From contig OZ218950.1 in the NCBI GenBank assembly GCA_965112735.1, forward strand, positions 4,030,001 through 4,094,000: 64,000 nucleotides of DNA. Direction: 5' to 3'. The position numbers were made by a program, and so were the translations under genes. Positions 30,354 through 44,693 of this stretch are shown here, one piece after another. The stretch comes from Phaeosaccion multiseriatum. Lineage: Eukaryota > Protista > Ochrophyta, other classes. Numbering within the stretch: the first letter of the stretch is position 1; each line of letters starts with the position of its first letter. The notes under the pieces were generated by a model that did no database searches, had not been told where the DNA came from, and was given only the letters and a program-made list of their open reading frames with translations.

Positions 30354-33300
30354 CACGTACACACACATACATACACACCCTGACGCACGCACACATACAC
30401 GCACACACTGACACACACACACACGCGCGCGCACACACACACACACGCACGCACGCACACACGCACATACGCACACGCACACGGACGTACGCACACACAC
30501 GCACACGAAAACATACATAGAGGTTCGCGCACACACTCCTTACCCGCTGCTAGGATGCGCATCTGCTCCACATCGTTGAGCAGCAGCTCCACTTGCTGCG
30601 ATAGCGTATTGTCGCACATTTCCTCGCCACGCCGCCACGACACTTGCGCTCTCTCCTTCGTCAGCTGACACGGGCGGGCATATGGGCAGGGACAGGTATA
30701 TGGGCAGGGACAGGCATATGGGCAGGGGCAGGCATATGGGCAGGGGCGGGCATATGGGAAGAGGTGTAGTCATATGGGGGTAGGTGATGGACATCAGTGG
30801 GTGCCACATCAGTGGGAGGTATTTAGGGTCAAGCAGCGGACGGGGGGCCACAGAATGTTTTTTCTTCTGAAGAAACGAGGAAGAACTAGAACAAGCAAGT
30901 ACAAGAAGAAGAACCAGAGCAACGACCCATCCCTTCCTCTCTTCCCCCCTCCCTTCCTTTCTCCCTCTCTCACCTTCCGCATGGCCCTGTTCCAAAGGAA
31001 GTTCAGGCTACCCAACCTCTTCCTGGTGACGCAACTATAGTGCCGCCAGAACCGTTGACACTTGCCCACTTGAGCTCTAAACTTCTTGAGGTATTGAAGC
31101 ATTTCAAGATTGCCCATGGACTTGAGCAGGCCTATCAACACGTCCGCGGACTCTCGTCGAATGGCATCTGTGGTGAGCGAAGTCAAAATGCCGTTGGCAA
31201 AGAGGGCGGGGGCAGGCATGGCGTCTTCACTGCCGAGGGCGCGTTGCTTGTGAGTCATCCAGCCGCGTTGGATGATGAGGGCGGCGGCTTGCATGCGGGA
31301 GGCTTTTTCTTCGGAGAACAGTATGGCCTTTGGGGAGGGGAAGGGAGGGGAGGGGAGGGGAGGGGAGGGGAGGGGAGGGGAGGGGAGGGGAGGGGAGGGG
31401 AGCTGAGGGGAGGGGAGGGGAGGGGAGGGGAGGGGAGGGAGGGGAGGGAGGGGAGGGAGGGAGTGTTTTTGAATATGGAGTGCACTATGCTTGTCTTGCT
31501 GGAAGGAGACGCAAGCGCATTGGCAACCCACGGACCCAGGAGACGACCTGTGAATGTCTCACAGCTTTATCCCCCTCCCCTGCATCCCCCCATCCCCTCC
31601 CACATCCTTTCTCTCCCCCTCTCCCTCCATGCCCCCCCCCTCCCCCCCCTCCTTCTCCCCTCCTTCTCCCCTCCTTCTCCCCTCCCCTCCCCTCACCCGC
31701 AAGTTCCACTGCCTGGCGCTGCGCACGCAAGCCATAAGTCGGATCCACTCTATCCGGCGGCGGGCGAGATCTCTCCGGTCTTGCTTGAGTTTCCGCCGCG
31801 CCTCGCTCTGGGAAGCCAGGGCGAGAAGCTTTGGGTATCGCAATGGAAAGGGAAGGGAAGGGAAGGGAAGAGTGAAACCGACAGGAGGGGGTAATAGAGG
31901 AGAGGAGAGGAGAGGGGCAGAGAGGGAAAGGGGGGAGGAGAGGGGAGGGGAGGGGAAGGGAAGGGAAGGGAGCGGAGGGAAGAGGAGAAGAGGGGAGGGG
32001 AGGGGAGGGGAGGGAAGAGGGGGGGAGAGGAGAGGAGAGGGGAGGGGAGGGGAGGGGAGCGGAGGGGAGAGGAGGGGAGAGGAGAGGGGACGAGAGGAGA
32101 GGAGATGAGAGGGGTGGGGAGAAGAGGAGGGGAGAGGCGAGAAAGGCGAGAAGAGGGCAGCAACAGTAGTAGCAGAAGCAGCAGAAGCAGCAGAAGCAGC
32201 AGTAGCACCAGCAGTAGAAGGAACACCAGCGGGGCAGGTGAAGGAGGGACGGTTGGCGGTTGACGAACGGTCCATGTACGCCCCCCCCCCCCCCCCCCGC
32301 CCATACATTCGCCTCGTCCGCACGAACGTACTTACACCCACACCGACCTTCTCCTTTGCCTCAATGCGGGCTCTTCGCCGTCGGATGGCCTCCCCGTGAG
32401 CTTTGCGCTTCCCTCTCCTTGTGGCAGGAGAGTCCTCTTCACCCTCAGCAGACGAGCAGGCCTCCCTGTGTGGTGGGGAGGATGGCAGAGCGGTAGAGGG
32501 GAACGGGCGGACAGGGGCAGATACACTGCAAGCTTAGCAATGGCTTCGGTAAGATGGTCAGACAGTGGCAGCGGCAGGGCTAACGGTTACACAACTTTAA
32601 CTTAACGTTACACAACGTTACACAATGTGGGGATCCGAGAGGGCAGGGGCAGCGCTCTCGCCACAGCTCTCACGCCAGCCCTGTAGATAGTGTCAAGCAC
32701 TGACATACACAAGCGTGCGGCCTAACACCCGGTACCAGAGCACTGGTCCATGATCCTCATACCAGGTACCTCCTCTCCCCTCCTCTCCCCTCCCCCTCCC
32801 CTACCTGGCCGCCGATCCCTCGCCCCTCCCTTTTAGCCCTGGAGCCTTCCGATGGCGTCTCCTCCGCAAGGTATGTACAGCCACAGCCTCATTATGCGCA
32901 ATGAACGCCTTCTCCGTGTTACGGAGCTCCGTCAAGCGGGCCTCCAGCGCTTTGCTGTGGAGGGGAGAGGAGCAGGTGGGTGGGTGAGTGGGTGAGTGAG
33001 TGAGGCGTTGGGGGGTGAGGGGGGTCAGGGGGGTTGGTGGGGCGGAGGGGTCAGGCCATGCCCCTTGCATTTTTGGGGAGATGTCATGTCCTTCCGCCTC
33101 CACCCACTCTCAGCCGCAGCCGCAGCGGGTTAGGAAGCCCACATGCATCAGTGTTTGTCCGCCCCCACAGTCCCACAGCAGTCCCACAGCAGTCCCACAG
33201 CAGTCCTACAGCAGTCCTACAGCAGTCCCACAGCAGTCCTACAGCAGTCCTACAGCAGTCCTACCCAGGGGGGGGGGATGGTGACGATGTTACTCACCTC

Positions 33301-34139
33301 ACGACGGCGAGAGGACCGCCCTTGGCGATCGCTGTGGTCCCGGAAGGCTTGGGTAGTGAGTCCATGACTCTCTTGGGCAAAGAGACGCCCGCTCCTCCTC
33401 CTCCTCCTCCTCCTCCTCCTCCTCCTCCTCCTCCTCCTCCTCCTCCTCCTCCTCCTCCTCCTCCTCCTCCTCCTCCCCCTGCTCCTCCTCCTCCTCCTCC
33501 TCCCCCTCCTCCTGCTGCTGCTGCTCCTCCTCCTCCTCCTCCTCCTCCTCCTCCTCCTCCCCTGGACCTTTCTTCTAGTTGTTGTATCCCCCCCCGCTGC
33601 TGTTGCTGCATTGCCATAGATGCCTTGGCTGAGGCTGAGGCTGAGGCGGATGCGGAGCTTGTGTGTGTGTAGTCCGTTGCGTAAGAATCAACGCTGCCCC
33701 CCCTTCCCGCCCTTGCTCTGCCTCCTTCTCCCCCTGCGCCCCCCCCCGGAGCAACCTCAACCCGCCCAGCCCCGCGTGAGTGGTATTGGCTCATCTGAGG
33801 CTGGCTGTAGTCAAGCGTGTGGCTGTGAACCCCCCTAACGGGGCTGTTAGAGCTGCCGCCGCCGCCGCTTCCGAGCTGTGCTTGTTTTTCTCCTTCTCTT
33901 GCTCCTCCTGCTCCTCCTCCTTCCTCATCTTGTCTGAAGCTGCCCCCACGGAGTTCTCCCTCTCCGCCCCGCGAAAGATGCAAGTCCTTCAAGCTGCTGT
34001 CGCCGTGCTGTATGGCCCACTGCCTCTCCTGGTGCTTGTGGTCCTGCTTGTCTTCTGCGGCCTTGAAACTCCTCTGCCCCGGCAACGACAGCTTCCCTCC
34101 AAGACCAAGAATTGACACCTTGTTGACCTGAGAAAGTAC

Positions 34140-34189
<50 letters not shown>

Positions 34190-35730
34190 GTGTGAGTGTG
34201 AGTGTGCGACGTCGACAGCAGCAGCCACGGGAGCAGCAGCACGAGCAACAACAGTAGCAGCACAAGGAGGAGCTCATGTACAGGTAGAGAGTTGGTGGTG
34301 GTGTGAGTGGTCTGCTGGAGGGGCTTGGCACTGACTGTACTGTGCCCCTCCATGGCAAAGGGGAGTAGAGGAGAGGAGTGAGTCGCATGTTGCCGTGGCT
34401 CCTCCTCAAATCACAACAATGCCCTTACTCACTCGAAAGCAGAACGGCTTGGTCGTGGGGATTTCCGATTCGGGATCGTAGATCGGAGGCTGTAATGGAA
34501 ATGCCGCGACAGTTTCATCAGTCGCCGCTGTGTGGCCACGGGCACTTCTTCCCGGAGTACGCTGAGATGGTCAATGCGCACAGATGATTGCATTGATCAC
34601 CAGTGTTCGCAAGTACGGGATTGGTTACGCAAATGCAGGAAGAAGAGGAAGAGAGCGACACGGGGGGGAATGGGTTGGGAGGGAGGGGAGGAGGGGAGTG
34701 AGCGAGGGGGGCAAAGGTGGCAGAGAGGCACAAGTGAAGATGAGGGTATGATACAAGAATAAACGACTTCTCCACAACGTTCAGGCTGGCTACCTATTCA
34801 CAGCTGTAAAGAATTCAGCACGAAAGTGGTACATCTGACCCCCTTGCTCTACTCTACAACCAGAGGCCCCATCCTGCGTTTCCGTGGTAAGGAAATGGAA
34901 AGAAGATGGCCTGCTCAATTCCGACACAGCCCCTCCTCTTGTTTGAGGCTGTTGACCCGATCTTCCTAGAAGAAGCATATTCTCTTTCTCTCCTCGCCCT
35001 CTCGCTCTCTTCCGGCCCTCTTCTCTCCCTTCTCTCCTTTCTTACACACACACACTTTTTCTCTTCTCTCCTTTTCTCTCTCTCTTTTCTCTTTCTATCT
35101 CTTTCTATCTCCCTCTCACGCTCCCTCTCTTTCCTTCTCTCTCTCTCACTCTCTCCGCACCTGCCTCTTGCCCAAAGTCGCTGGCCGTGCCGTGGCAGGT
35201 GGTCGAGGGGAGACTGCCGCTCCGCCGGCGGCTGCCTCAGTCGACCCATCCCCTGCACTGCCGGTTCGAGCACTGTGGGAGGGGTGACATGAAGATGAAG
35301 ATATCCGGGGTCGACCACGACTCCCTCCAGACGGCCCCCGGACGCTCGTTTTTGTACTGGCTGGTGTGACAAGCCCCACTTCCTGGTACCAGGGCAGACA
35401 CGCGTCTCTGTCCTCTCCCTTCTCATCATCGCTGACGTCCTCGCCGTCCTCGTCAGCGTAGCAGTTCTTGATATCACAATTTGGATCCGTGTAATCAGAA
35501 CCCTCCGTTCCTGCCGCAGATATCGCCCTCCGCGCCAGTTGCTTCGCCTTGCGCTCCTCTTGAATGAGTCTGTCCAGATCGCGCGAGTACCACCAGCGAC
35601 ACCACTCGTGTTGCAGGTGGGTGGGCAGAAGCTCAGGGTCAAGCGGCTGCTGAGAGTCCTCAGTGTAGCTGTCGCTACGGTGCATCAGATACATCAGCGG
35701 CCCTACGCCAGCCTCCTCGGACATCACCAT
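27273..35730 (-). CDS. Large uncharacterised multi-exon protein with IQ-like calmodulin-binding motifs and Gly/Gln-rich tracts (exon joins partly tentative)
   Basis: Approximate exons 35730-35160, ~34590-34435, 34127-33298, 32955-32805, 32455-32347, 31830-31697, 31328-30976, 30664-30544, 29804-29482, 29089-28917, 28510-28026 and ~27632-27273. Motifs [16 protein letters not shown] and [11 protein letters not shown]. Confidence 0.55.
33170..33263. repeat. 11-bp intronic tandem repeat ACAGCAGTCC(C/T), about 8 copies
   Basis: Seen directly. Confidence 0.85.
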
Positions 35731-36555
35731 CGGAAGCAAAGTTGCCGCAAGGACGGAAGTGCAGAGGGAGTATGAGTTTCAGTGTGAGGTGTGAAACTGT
35801 GAAATTGTTTCAGTTTCAATTTTTTTTTTTTTTTTTTTTCTCTCTCAACTAAAACTGCTTAATTTTGTGTAAGGGGGGGTAAATGCGATTTCCAGGGGGT
35901 GCCAAAGCAGGGCAGGCAGACGCGTCTGCCTCGCCCTTACTCCCATCCACCCCGTTGGATTCCCGATAACCCCACTCGTCCCCCCGGGCCGGGCGGGTGG
36001 GAAAACTTTTGCTGTCGCTGCCGTATCCTTCTACGCGGTGGACTGCTGGGCTGCTCCGCCCCTTCGCTGTCCTCCTCACCGCGCTGAGCTAGGAATTTGG
36101 ATTTTGGGCGGTACCCCCTAAAATAGGGATTTGGGATTCTGGTGGCCTCTGCAGGGCGGATTCCGCTTTCTATCCCCCTCCTCCTTTTCCTCTGATTACT
36201 GAATACTATTATGGCGCCGGCCGGCCTGATTGATCCCTGATTACTGATTACAGCCGGTGACCAGCCGGCCTGATTACTGATTATAGCCGGCGCACACCAT
36301 TCTTCTTAGAGTTACAGTTTCTTAGGTTATCCTCCTTCGCTCTATCCTTCCTTCCCTCCTTCGCTCCATCCTTCCTTCCCTTTCCTCTCCATCCCTCCTT
36401 CCTTCTTTCCTTCCCTCCCTCGCTCTCTCGTTCAGTATTCCCCGTCCGCTTAGTCTCTTTTACTCACAACCCGCTTGTGTTGAAGGCGAAAACAAGTCAC
36501 GGAGTTTACCCTCGGCACACTTGCGCCTGCGCTGCTTCACATGTTGGTAATTCAT

Positions 36556-37368
36556 TCACATGTTTGAATGCACCTTTCGAAGCCTTGCCTGTAGCGCGCG
36601 AATGTTTGCCTTTGCCTAGGCACAAAGCGGGAGCGACAAAGGGCAGCGCAGACGGAACGAGCGAGCTAGCGAGTTTCAGCGAGCGAGCACAGCGATGATG
36701 ACAAGCCAATGGTGATGATGACAGGCAAAATACTGATGATGACAAGCCAATGGTGATGATGACAAGCCAATGGTGATCAAGCAATGGTGATAATGGCAAG
36801 ACGAGAAAGGCCAGGAGAGGAGGAGAGGATCACATGTCCCTCGCAGAGGATCTGTGTGCGTGTGTGTGTGCGTGTGTGTGCATGCATGAATGGGTGCGCA
36901 GGTGAGTGGGTGGGTGTACGTGTGTACCTTGGAGGAGACTTCCTTGCCGCCGTGCCCCGCAGCGCTCACAGGGGCGGCCGTGGTGGCCACGCGAAGGTTT
37001 GACTGAAACGATCCACGCCATTCATTGCCATCCATCGGCATCCACAGGGAGAGAGAGATGGATGAGAGCAGTAAGCAGGAGAGTCCAGCAGAGTCCAAGA
37101 GGGTGGGGAAGAAAGGGCAGGGGCGTTGTGAGGGGAGGAAACGGGGGCGAGTGGAGCGTCGCGGGGGCGGGGGGGGGGGTTAGCCGACAAGAGGGATGGA
37201 TGGCAGTGGGTGGAAGGGGGGGGAGGGAGTGAGGCAGGGAGGCGACATGCGACGTCAAAGTCTCGAGCCCTCTGAAGGGAAAAAAGTGTAAGGAGAAATG
37301 GCTTGGTTGAGGAACAACAGCAGCGGGTCAAGTCGTTGGCGTTCCTTCCCTCACACACACAGGTACAA

Positions 37369-37414
<46 letters not shown>

Positions 37415-39315
37415 GCGAGCGGGCGATGTCCCACGACTCCCTTCCCCACGGCGTGGAACAGTCCTTGGCCATGGCGTGGAACGTTACGCAGAAGGCGAGG
37501 TACCTTAAGAGAGAGAGTGGAGCATTGCATGGGATAGGGGAAGGGCAAGGGCAGGGACAGCACCGTCCAAGCACAACATGATATCAGTAATTGGCGAGGC
37601 GCTCAATCATAACAGCCGGCAAGTCCGGCCCGAGTTGGCGGAGGTTGCTGAGATGGCAGAGGATGGCAGCGTCAGGTGGCATTCAATGGCAGGGGATGGC
37701 AGAGTCATTCCTATACCGAGGCTGTCTGGCCTGACACGGGCTGAGGGGGTCGGAGGGCTCCCTTCACCCAAAGCGAGGCAGGAAGCAAAAGTGCAACAAA
37801 GAGGCTTTGCTAACGCTGACCCATGTGCCTCTCACCTGTCCAAGCTCGCCACTCGGGACTCATAGAACAGCTGCTGCGGGATGCTCTTGTCCTGGATCTA
37901 ATGGGGGAGAGGAGCGGCAGGAAGGAGCAGGGGGAGGCGGTGCGTTGGTCAGGCGCGCAGGCGCAGCACGGCACAGCACAGCAGAGGAGAGGAGAGCACT
38001 TGATGATACAGTACAGCACAGCACAGCTGGCACAAGGGTGATGACAGTCACCTCACTCCATGCGGGCAGACGGACTTGCCCCTCATCATCACCCCTCGCA
38101 AGCATTCAAACAAGTCAAGGAGTGTTGGTAGTACAATGCACTTCAAAAGAGCCCAACCCCAGCTGCTCCTACTCCACCCGACTCACTCACTCCGTCCGCC
38201 CTTCCGTAAGCGTACGTACCGTTTGCGTAAGCTCGTCAAGCTTGGAGGTGAAGGCGAGGCGCTTGGCAGGGTCATGGATGGCTCTCCACGCCGCCGCATC
38301 GTCTTCGTCGCCGCCGCCGCCGCTGCTGCTGCTGGTGCTGTTGCCTCTCTCACCGCTGCTGCTGCTTATGCCCAGCATGGCCCTCCAGCCATTAGCAGGA
38401 GGGGGGGGTGGCTGGCTCTGTGTCTGATGCTCCTCCTCAGCACCACCGGGAGCCGGGGACGGAGGGAGGGGAGGGGAGGGGGGCGAGGAAGACATGGGCG
38501 CAGGTCCTGTTGAGACTTGCGCTCGCTCCTGCTCGTTACCCCACATCCCCAGCCTGCCCAAAAGCCTCAGGTGCTGGAGTGCTCGCCTCACCCATCGGCC
38601 CAGCCATCGGCCAGCGGCTCCTCCGCACCAAGCGCTCCCGCGACGCTCGTCGTCATCCCAAGCTGTTGCGCAGAGGGGGGCGGAAGGGAAGAGACAAGGG
38701 AGACAGGAGAGGTGCAACACACACAGACACATGCACACACAGAGGAAGGAACAAAGAAAACTTTGAGTGACGTCCCCGTGGGGGTGGAGGACTGGGGGGT
38801 CATTCAGACCTAAGTCACGCACTCACATACTCACTCACTCGCTCACTCATCCACCCACCGACCCACCCACCCACCACACCTACTCCCTCCCTGTCTCTCA
38901 CTCCTTCCCTTTTCTTCTGTTCCTAACTCGGCATACACACACACTGTCTCTTTTCCTCCTCTATGCGTTTCCCTACATCGGCACACCCATTCCCTTCCTC
39001 CTCTATGCCTGTCCCTATGTCTGACACGCACACGTGCACATACATACACGCACACGCACACGCACGCACATACACGCACACGCACACACACACACACACA
39101 TACACGCACACGCACACGCACACACATGCACGCACTCAAACACACACACACACATACACGCACACGCACACACATGCACGCACTCACACACACACACATG
39201 CACGCACACGCACACGCACACCCATGCACGCACACACACACACACACATACACGCACACGCACACGCACACCCATGCACGCACACACACACACACACACA
39301 CATACACGCACACGC

Positions 39316-39351
<36 letters not shown>

Positions 39352-42103
39352 TCACCCATCCGGACGCGTTCCTCGTTGGCGAGTTCGCTTCTCACAAGCA
39401 CTCTCTGCGCCTGCTGCCCGCGGCGGATCTCCTTGGCGTCAAGGCTCTGCAAGAAGCTCTGCAAAGTGCCACCTGAGTCGACAAAAGGGTTCAGATCGCA
39501 CGTGATAGATGGCAGTAGATGGTGACATCAATAGATGACATTCGATGGCTTGACTGACTGGCTGACGGGCTTACTTACCCTCAGGCACTTGGATGTTCTC
39601 CGCGTGATGTGCCCCGATAGGCAGATCCTCATAGAAAACCCTGAAGGGTTCCGTTCCGCCACCGTCAGCAGCGGACGAACGGGGAGAGGGAGAGGGAGAG
39701 AGAGAGAGAGAGAGAAAAGCACAAGCAGCTGTGAGCAGAACAGCCAGCGAAGCAAAAACCACCCCTTCTCAGCTCCTACACTCCCGCTCTCAGTTACCAG
39801 AACCGGAAGCGAATGGAAGCAACCAAAACCCATCCATCCGTGCCCTCGAGCGCGTGCCTCGCTCCCTGTGTCCTTCCCTCCCTCCCTCCCTCCCTCCCTC
39901 CCTCCCTCCCTCCCTCCCTCCCTCCCTCCCTCCCTCCCTCCCTCCCTCCCTCCCTCCCTCCCTCCCTCCCTCCCTCCCTCCCTCCCTCCCTCCCTCCCTC
40001 CCTCCCTCCCTCCCTCCCTCCCTCCCTCCCTCCCTCCCTCCCTCCCTCCCTCCCTCCCTCCCTCCCTCCCTCCCCCCCTCCCTCCCTCCCTCCCTCCCTC
40101 CCTCCCTGACCGACAGACCCAAAACCTGTGTGGCCCCGACCCATGCAATGAATGATGCGACTGACCAAAGAACCGACCAACGAACTATCGCCCCCCAGAG
40201 AGAGAGAGAGATCGACTGACACATAGCGAGCTTATTCTTCCTTACTCTTCCTTACTACTTCGAAGTACTACTTACCGCATGTTGCTGATGTTGCTCATCA
40301 TCCGGCGGCGCATGTACAGCCTGTTGGAGATGCTTGAGTCAATGCCCAGCGAGGAGTCCATCCCAAGCGAGGAAAAGTCCAGCCCCATGGAATAGTCCAG
40401 CGACTTCCTCGACAATGCTCCTCCTCCTCCTCGTCCTCCTCGTCCTCGCGGCGACTGGCCCGTTCTCCTTGCCCGGTCGAAGTCGCCAGTGCCCTCCCCT
40501 CCCCCTCCTCTGCTCCTCCCTCCCCCCCCTCCCCCTCCACCCGTGTCAGCGGATTCGTCGAAGCTCACAAGCGTTGTCTTTGAGGCAGGCCGGGGGATGT
40601 TCGCGTCTTTGCAGAATAGAGAAGGGAGGAGGAGAAGGGGGAGGAGGAGGAGGAGGAGGAGGAGGAGGAGGAGGAGGAGGAGGAGGAGGAGGAGCAAGAG
40701 GAGCAGCAGCAGCAGCAGGAGGAGGAGGAGGAGGAGGAGGACATAAGACAGAAACAAGAAGAGAGCGACGAGGAGAGAGCAGAGGTGAGGAGAAGAGAGG
40801 ATAGTTTTGCTGACGTAAGCCCGTACTTACCCTGCACCATTGCGGCGGGCCTCACGTCCCAAGGCTCCATCTCCACGGCGGCGTGGTGCCTCTGCTTCAG
40901 AGAGGCCTTTCGAGACTGCAGCCCGATGGAGCGGAGCATGGCCAGCGTGAAGGGCTTACGAGCATGCACCAGCCGAGCGTACACCTTAGAAGGGAGTGGG
41001 GTGGGGGGGGGTTGTTCGTACGCCGCAGTAAGGGGGTCAGGCAGGTCGTCAGTCGGCGGGGCAGGCCGGCAGATGGCAGTTGTGAGGGGGAAGGGGAGGG
41101 TAGAAGGGACGAGGGGAAGAGGAGCAGAGGCGCAAAGGCGGGGAAGAAGCAGCGGGGAGGGGCGGAGGGGCAGGCAGAGGCAGAGACAGTGGCAGTGGCA
41201 AAGCAGCGGAACAGCGGTAAAGTGAGCAATACCTCGTGTGTGTGTGCGGTGCGATGCGAATTGCGTACATGCGTGCTTGCGTGCGTGCGTGCGTACGCAA
41301 GTGGTGACCCCTTACATAGCATCACTCACTCACTCACTCACTCACTCACTCACCTCTTCGTCCAGGAAGGGCCTCCTGTTGGAGGGGAGGGTGACTGAGG
41401 AAGTGTTGTGGATGGCGGGCTCGAAGGGGCTGTGGCCCACAAAGAACACCTGTTGCGAGCAGTTTGGGTTTGGAAGGGATAGATATAGTAGTCAGGCAGT
41501 CATTCAGGCAGTCAGTCCGTCAGACAATAAGTCAGTCAGTCCGTCAGTCAGTCAGTCAGTCAGTCAGTCAGTCAGTCAGTCAGTCAGTCAGTCAGTCAGT
41601 CAGTCAGTCAGTCAGTGAGTGAGTCAGGCCTCCACACGCCACAGCACACCACGCACCACACACAAACATACACACTCACATCTACACACACGCACACACA
41701 CACACGCACACACACACGCGCACACGCACACAACACAAACACACTCACACACACACACGCACACACACACAATACACACACACACAATACACACACAAAA
41801 TACACACACACACACACACACACCATCCTACCTCGCAGCCCGTGCGAAAATTCTGAATGAAGGCCGCTTGCTTGACAGCCAGCAGCACCGTTGCCTCCGT
41901 CTTGGTCAGCGAACAGAGCCTCCCATCGGGCCTACCCACGGCAAGAAGGGTGCCCCGAGTGACGCGATGTGTGTAGCGGTGGACAAAGTGGTCGCTGCCC
42001 GATGCCCCGTGCACCTCTAGTCCGTTGAAGGAGTAGGACATGGAGAAGAGCTTGGAGACGAAGGCCTATGTGTGTGTTTGTGTGTGTGTGTGTGTGATTG
42101 CGT

Positions 42104-42139
<36 letters not shown>

Positions 42140-44662
42140 TGTATGTGTGTGTGTGTGTGTGTGTGTGCGTGCGTGCGTGTGTGTGTGTGCGTGGGAAGGG
42201 GAGGGAGGGGAGATGGCGCATTCAATCAATCAATCAATCAATCGTACCCAAGGTACTAGTCCTGACACCCCCTACCCATCCCGTCCTGTCCTGACACCTC
42301 CCACCCGTCCCTGGCTTGTCCTGCTGACACCACCCCTGCCCTACCCCACCCTACGCTACCCCACTCTGCCCTACCCTACCATACCCCATACCCTACCTCA
42401 CCCTACCCTACCCTACCCTACACTACTCTTCTCTGCTCTACCCTACTCTACCCTACCCTACCCTACCCTACCCTACCCTATCCACCCTACCTTACCCAAC
42501 CCTACCCTACCCTACCCTATCCTGCCCTACCCTACCTTACCCTACCCTACCTTACCCAACCCTACCCTACCCTACCCTACCCTGCCCTACCCTAGCTTAC
42601 CCTACCCTACCCTACCCTACCCTACCCAACCCTACCCTACCCTATCCTGCCCTACCCTACCCTATCTTGCCCTACCCTACCCTACCCTACCCTACCCTAC
42701 CCTACCTTACCCTACCCTACCCTACCCTATCCTGCCCTACCTTACCCAACCCTATCCTACCCCACATTGCGTGCTACCCTCTCTCACCTCAGTGAGCTCA
42801 TGCACCATCGGATTATCCACAATCACGAGAGTCCGCTTGCCGATCCTCGCCGCCACGGTCCGTCCATCCACCCACCGCTTGAGCTTGGTCAACAGATAAC
42901 CAACATAGATGTAGAACAGTGCATCCAGCACGCGAATCACAAGCCCCACACCGGCAGGCACCCATCCCCACCTTCCTCCTCCTCCCCTCCATGTGTCCTC
43001 CTCCCACATGTCTGAAGCCCAGCAGAGGTCTCCACAGAGCACCTCCTCCCCTCCTCCCTCTGCTGCGTCTGTGATGCTGTTCACAATGGCGACGACCACT
43101 CGTGTGCAGAGGTGGAAGATGGGCAGCTGGAGGCTTACGGACAGGAAGATGTACAGCGCCGCCATACAGAGCACCTGCCAGGGCTCCTTGATGTGTTTGG
43201 CCCACTGCAGACCCTGATGGACGAGGTCGCGGTGGACCTATTGGTGATACAGAGGGAGGTGGAGAGATGGGAGGGAGGACCATCCGTTGGGAACCCGTGG
43301 CTAGACGAATAGAGCTAGGTAGAAACACAGGTGGAAAGGTGGAAAGGTGTAGTCTCTCTTTCTCTCCGCCCCTCCATCCCTCCTTCCCCCTTTCCCTCTC
43401 TCTCTCTCTCTCTCTCTCTGCCCCTCTTTCCCTCTCCCTCCCTCCCTCCCTCCGTCCGTCCCTCCCCTCCCTCTCTCCCCCACCCCCACCCCCCCCCCTC
43501 TCTCTCCCTCTCCCTTTCTCTCTCAGTACCTTCGAGGGCAGCGTGTTGCCAAAGATGTCTGCCCCTACGATGAAGGTGCTCCCCCCCACCACGGCCGACG
43601 AGAGCATCATGCTCATGTCTCGTAGGTCAGATCTGTCCACACTGCCTGTGAAGCTTGTACGAGTAGCCTCAGGCTCAGGCTCAGGCTCAGGCCCAGGCTC
43701 AGCAGTTGGTGCAGTAGCGGGACCAGTCACAGCCGTTGGTGATGCAGCAGCACCAGCCGCAGCAGTTGGTGATACATTGCGCACGTCACGCACACGCGGC
43801 GGCGGCGACCGAGAGAAACAAGTAGGAGAAGTTTGGCGATGCCGTCGCATCGCCGCCCTCTTGGCCCTTCGGTCGTCCTGCCTACTTCGAACGTGCACGT
43901 AGTCGGCAAGGAACAGGAGCAGGCTAAGGGAGAGAGAGGGTGCGTACATAGAGAGGGAGATACAGACAGAGAGGGGGGAGACATACAAGGACGATGCAAG
44001 GAGGAGGGAGGGGTGCACAGAGGTTAGATCAATACGGGGTGGGGAGGGGAAGGTCATATAAAATGAATCCCTACTGAGGCCCCGCTCACTCACACACTCA
44101 CTCACTCACTGACTCACTCACTCACTCACTCACTCACTGACTAACTCACTCACTCACTGACTCACTCACTCACCGGCTGAGGGTGTGGTGTGTAGCTGCG
44201 GCGGCCATGGAGGTAGGCTCTGCTGGGCAATGACCCGAGTTGTTAAGCAGCACGCGGGGGGCGACCACCTCAGCAGCGGTCAGGCCAGGAACTTCGCGCT
44301 TCACTTGCCGCATTGCTTGCTCCATCTTGCTGCCCTCCTCCCCGGTAAGGATGAAGGTGCCATGAGGTACGAGGCGGGTCATAAGGCGAGTGGCATGGAG
44401 AGTGGGGAAGGTTTGGCCAGACTGGGACACGAGAAGGACGATGGCGTTGGAGGAGAGAGACTCTGTGGTCCATCGCCGAGCGCCGGAGGAGAAGACCTGA
44501 GAGGATTGGGGGAGGGGCAGTCCAGAGCGAAGCAAGGACACAGAGTAGACAAGTTGGTGATACAGAGCAGTTGCGATTACAGAATAAAAGTGGTGTCAGA
44601 ACAGGGACAGGATCGGGCTGGACACACCTGGAAACGCACACACACACACACCTTGCCCCCCC

Positions 44663-44693
<31 letters not shown>

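Noticed and set aside
35865-36125. MITE bounded by AGGGGGGGTA...TACCCCCTA
   Set aside because: The inverted match is short and low-complexity, and I see no target-site duplication.
36695-36795. C/D-box snoRNA suggested by repeated TGATGA and one CTGA
   Set aside because: The boxes are part of a 20-bp tandem repeat, lie antisense to the host intron, and have no terminal stem or recognisable guide.
42335-42762. Interstitial telomere
   Set aside because: The unit is degenerate CCCTA rather than CCCTAA/CCCTAAA, and it sits at an intron 5' end like many other G-rich microsatellites here.
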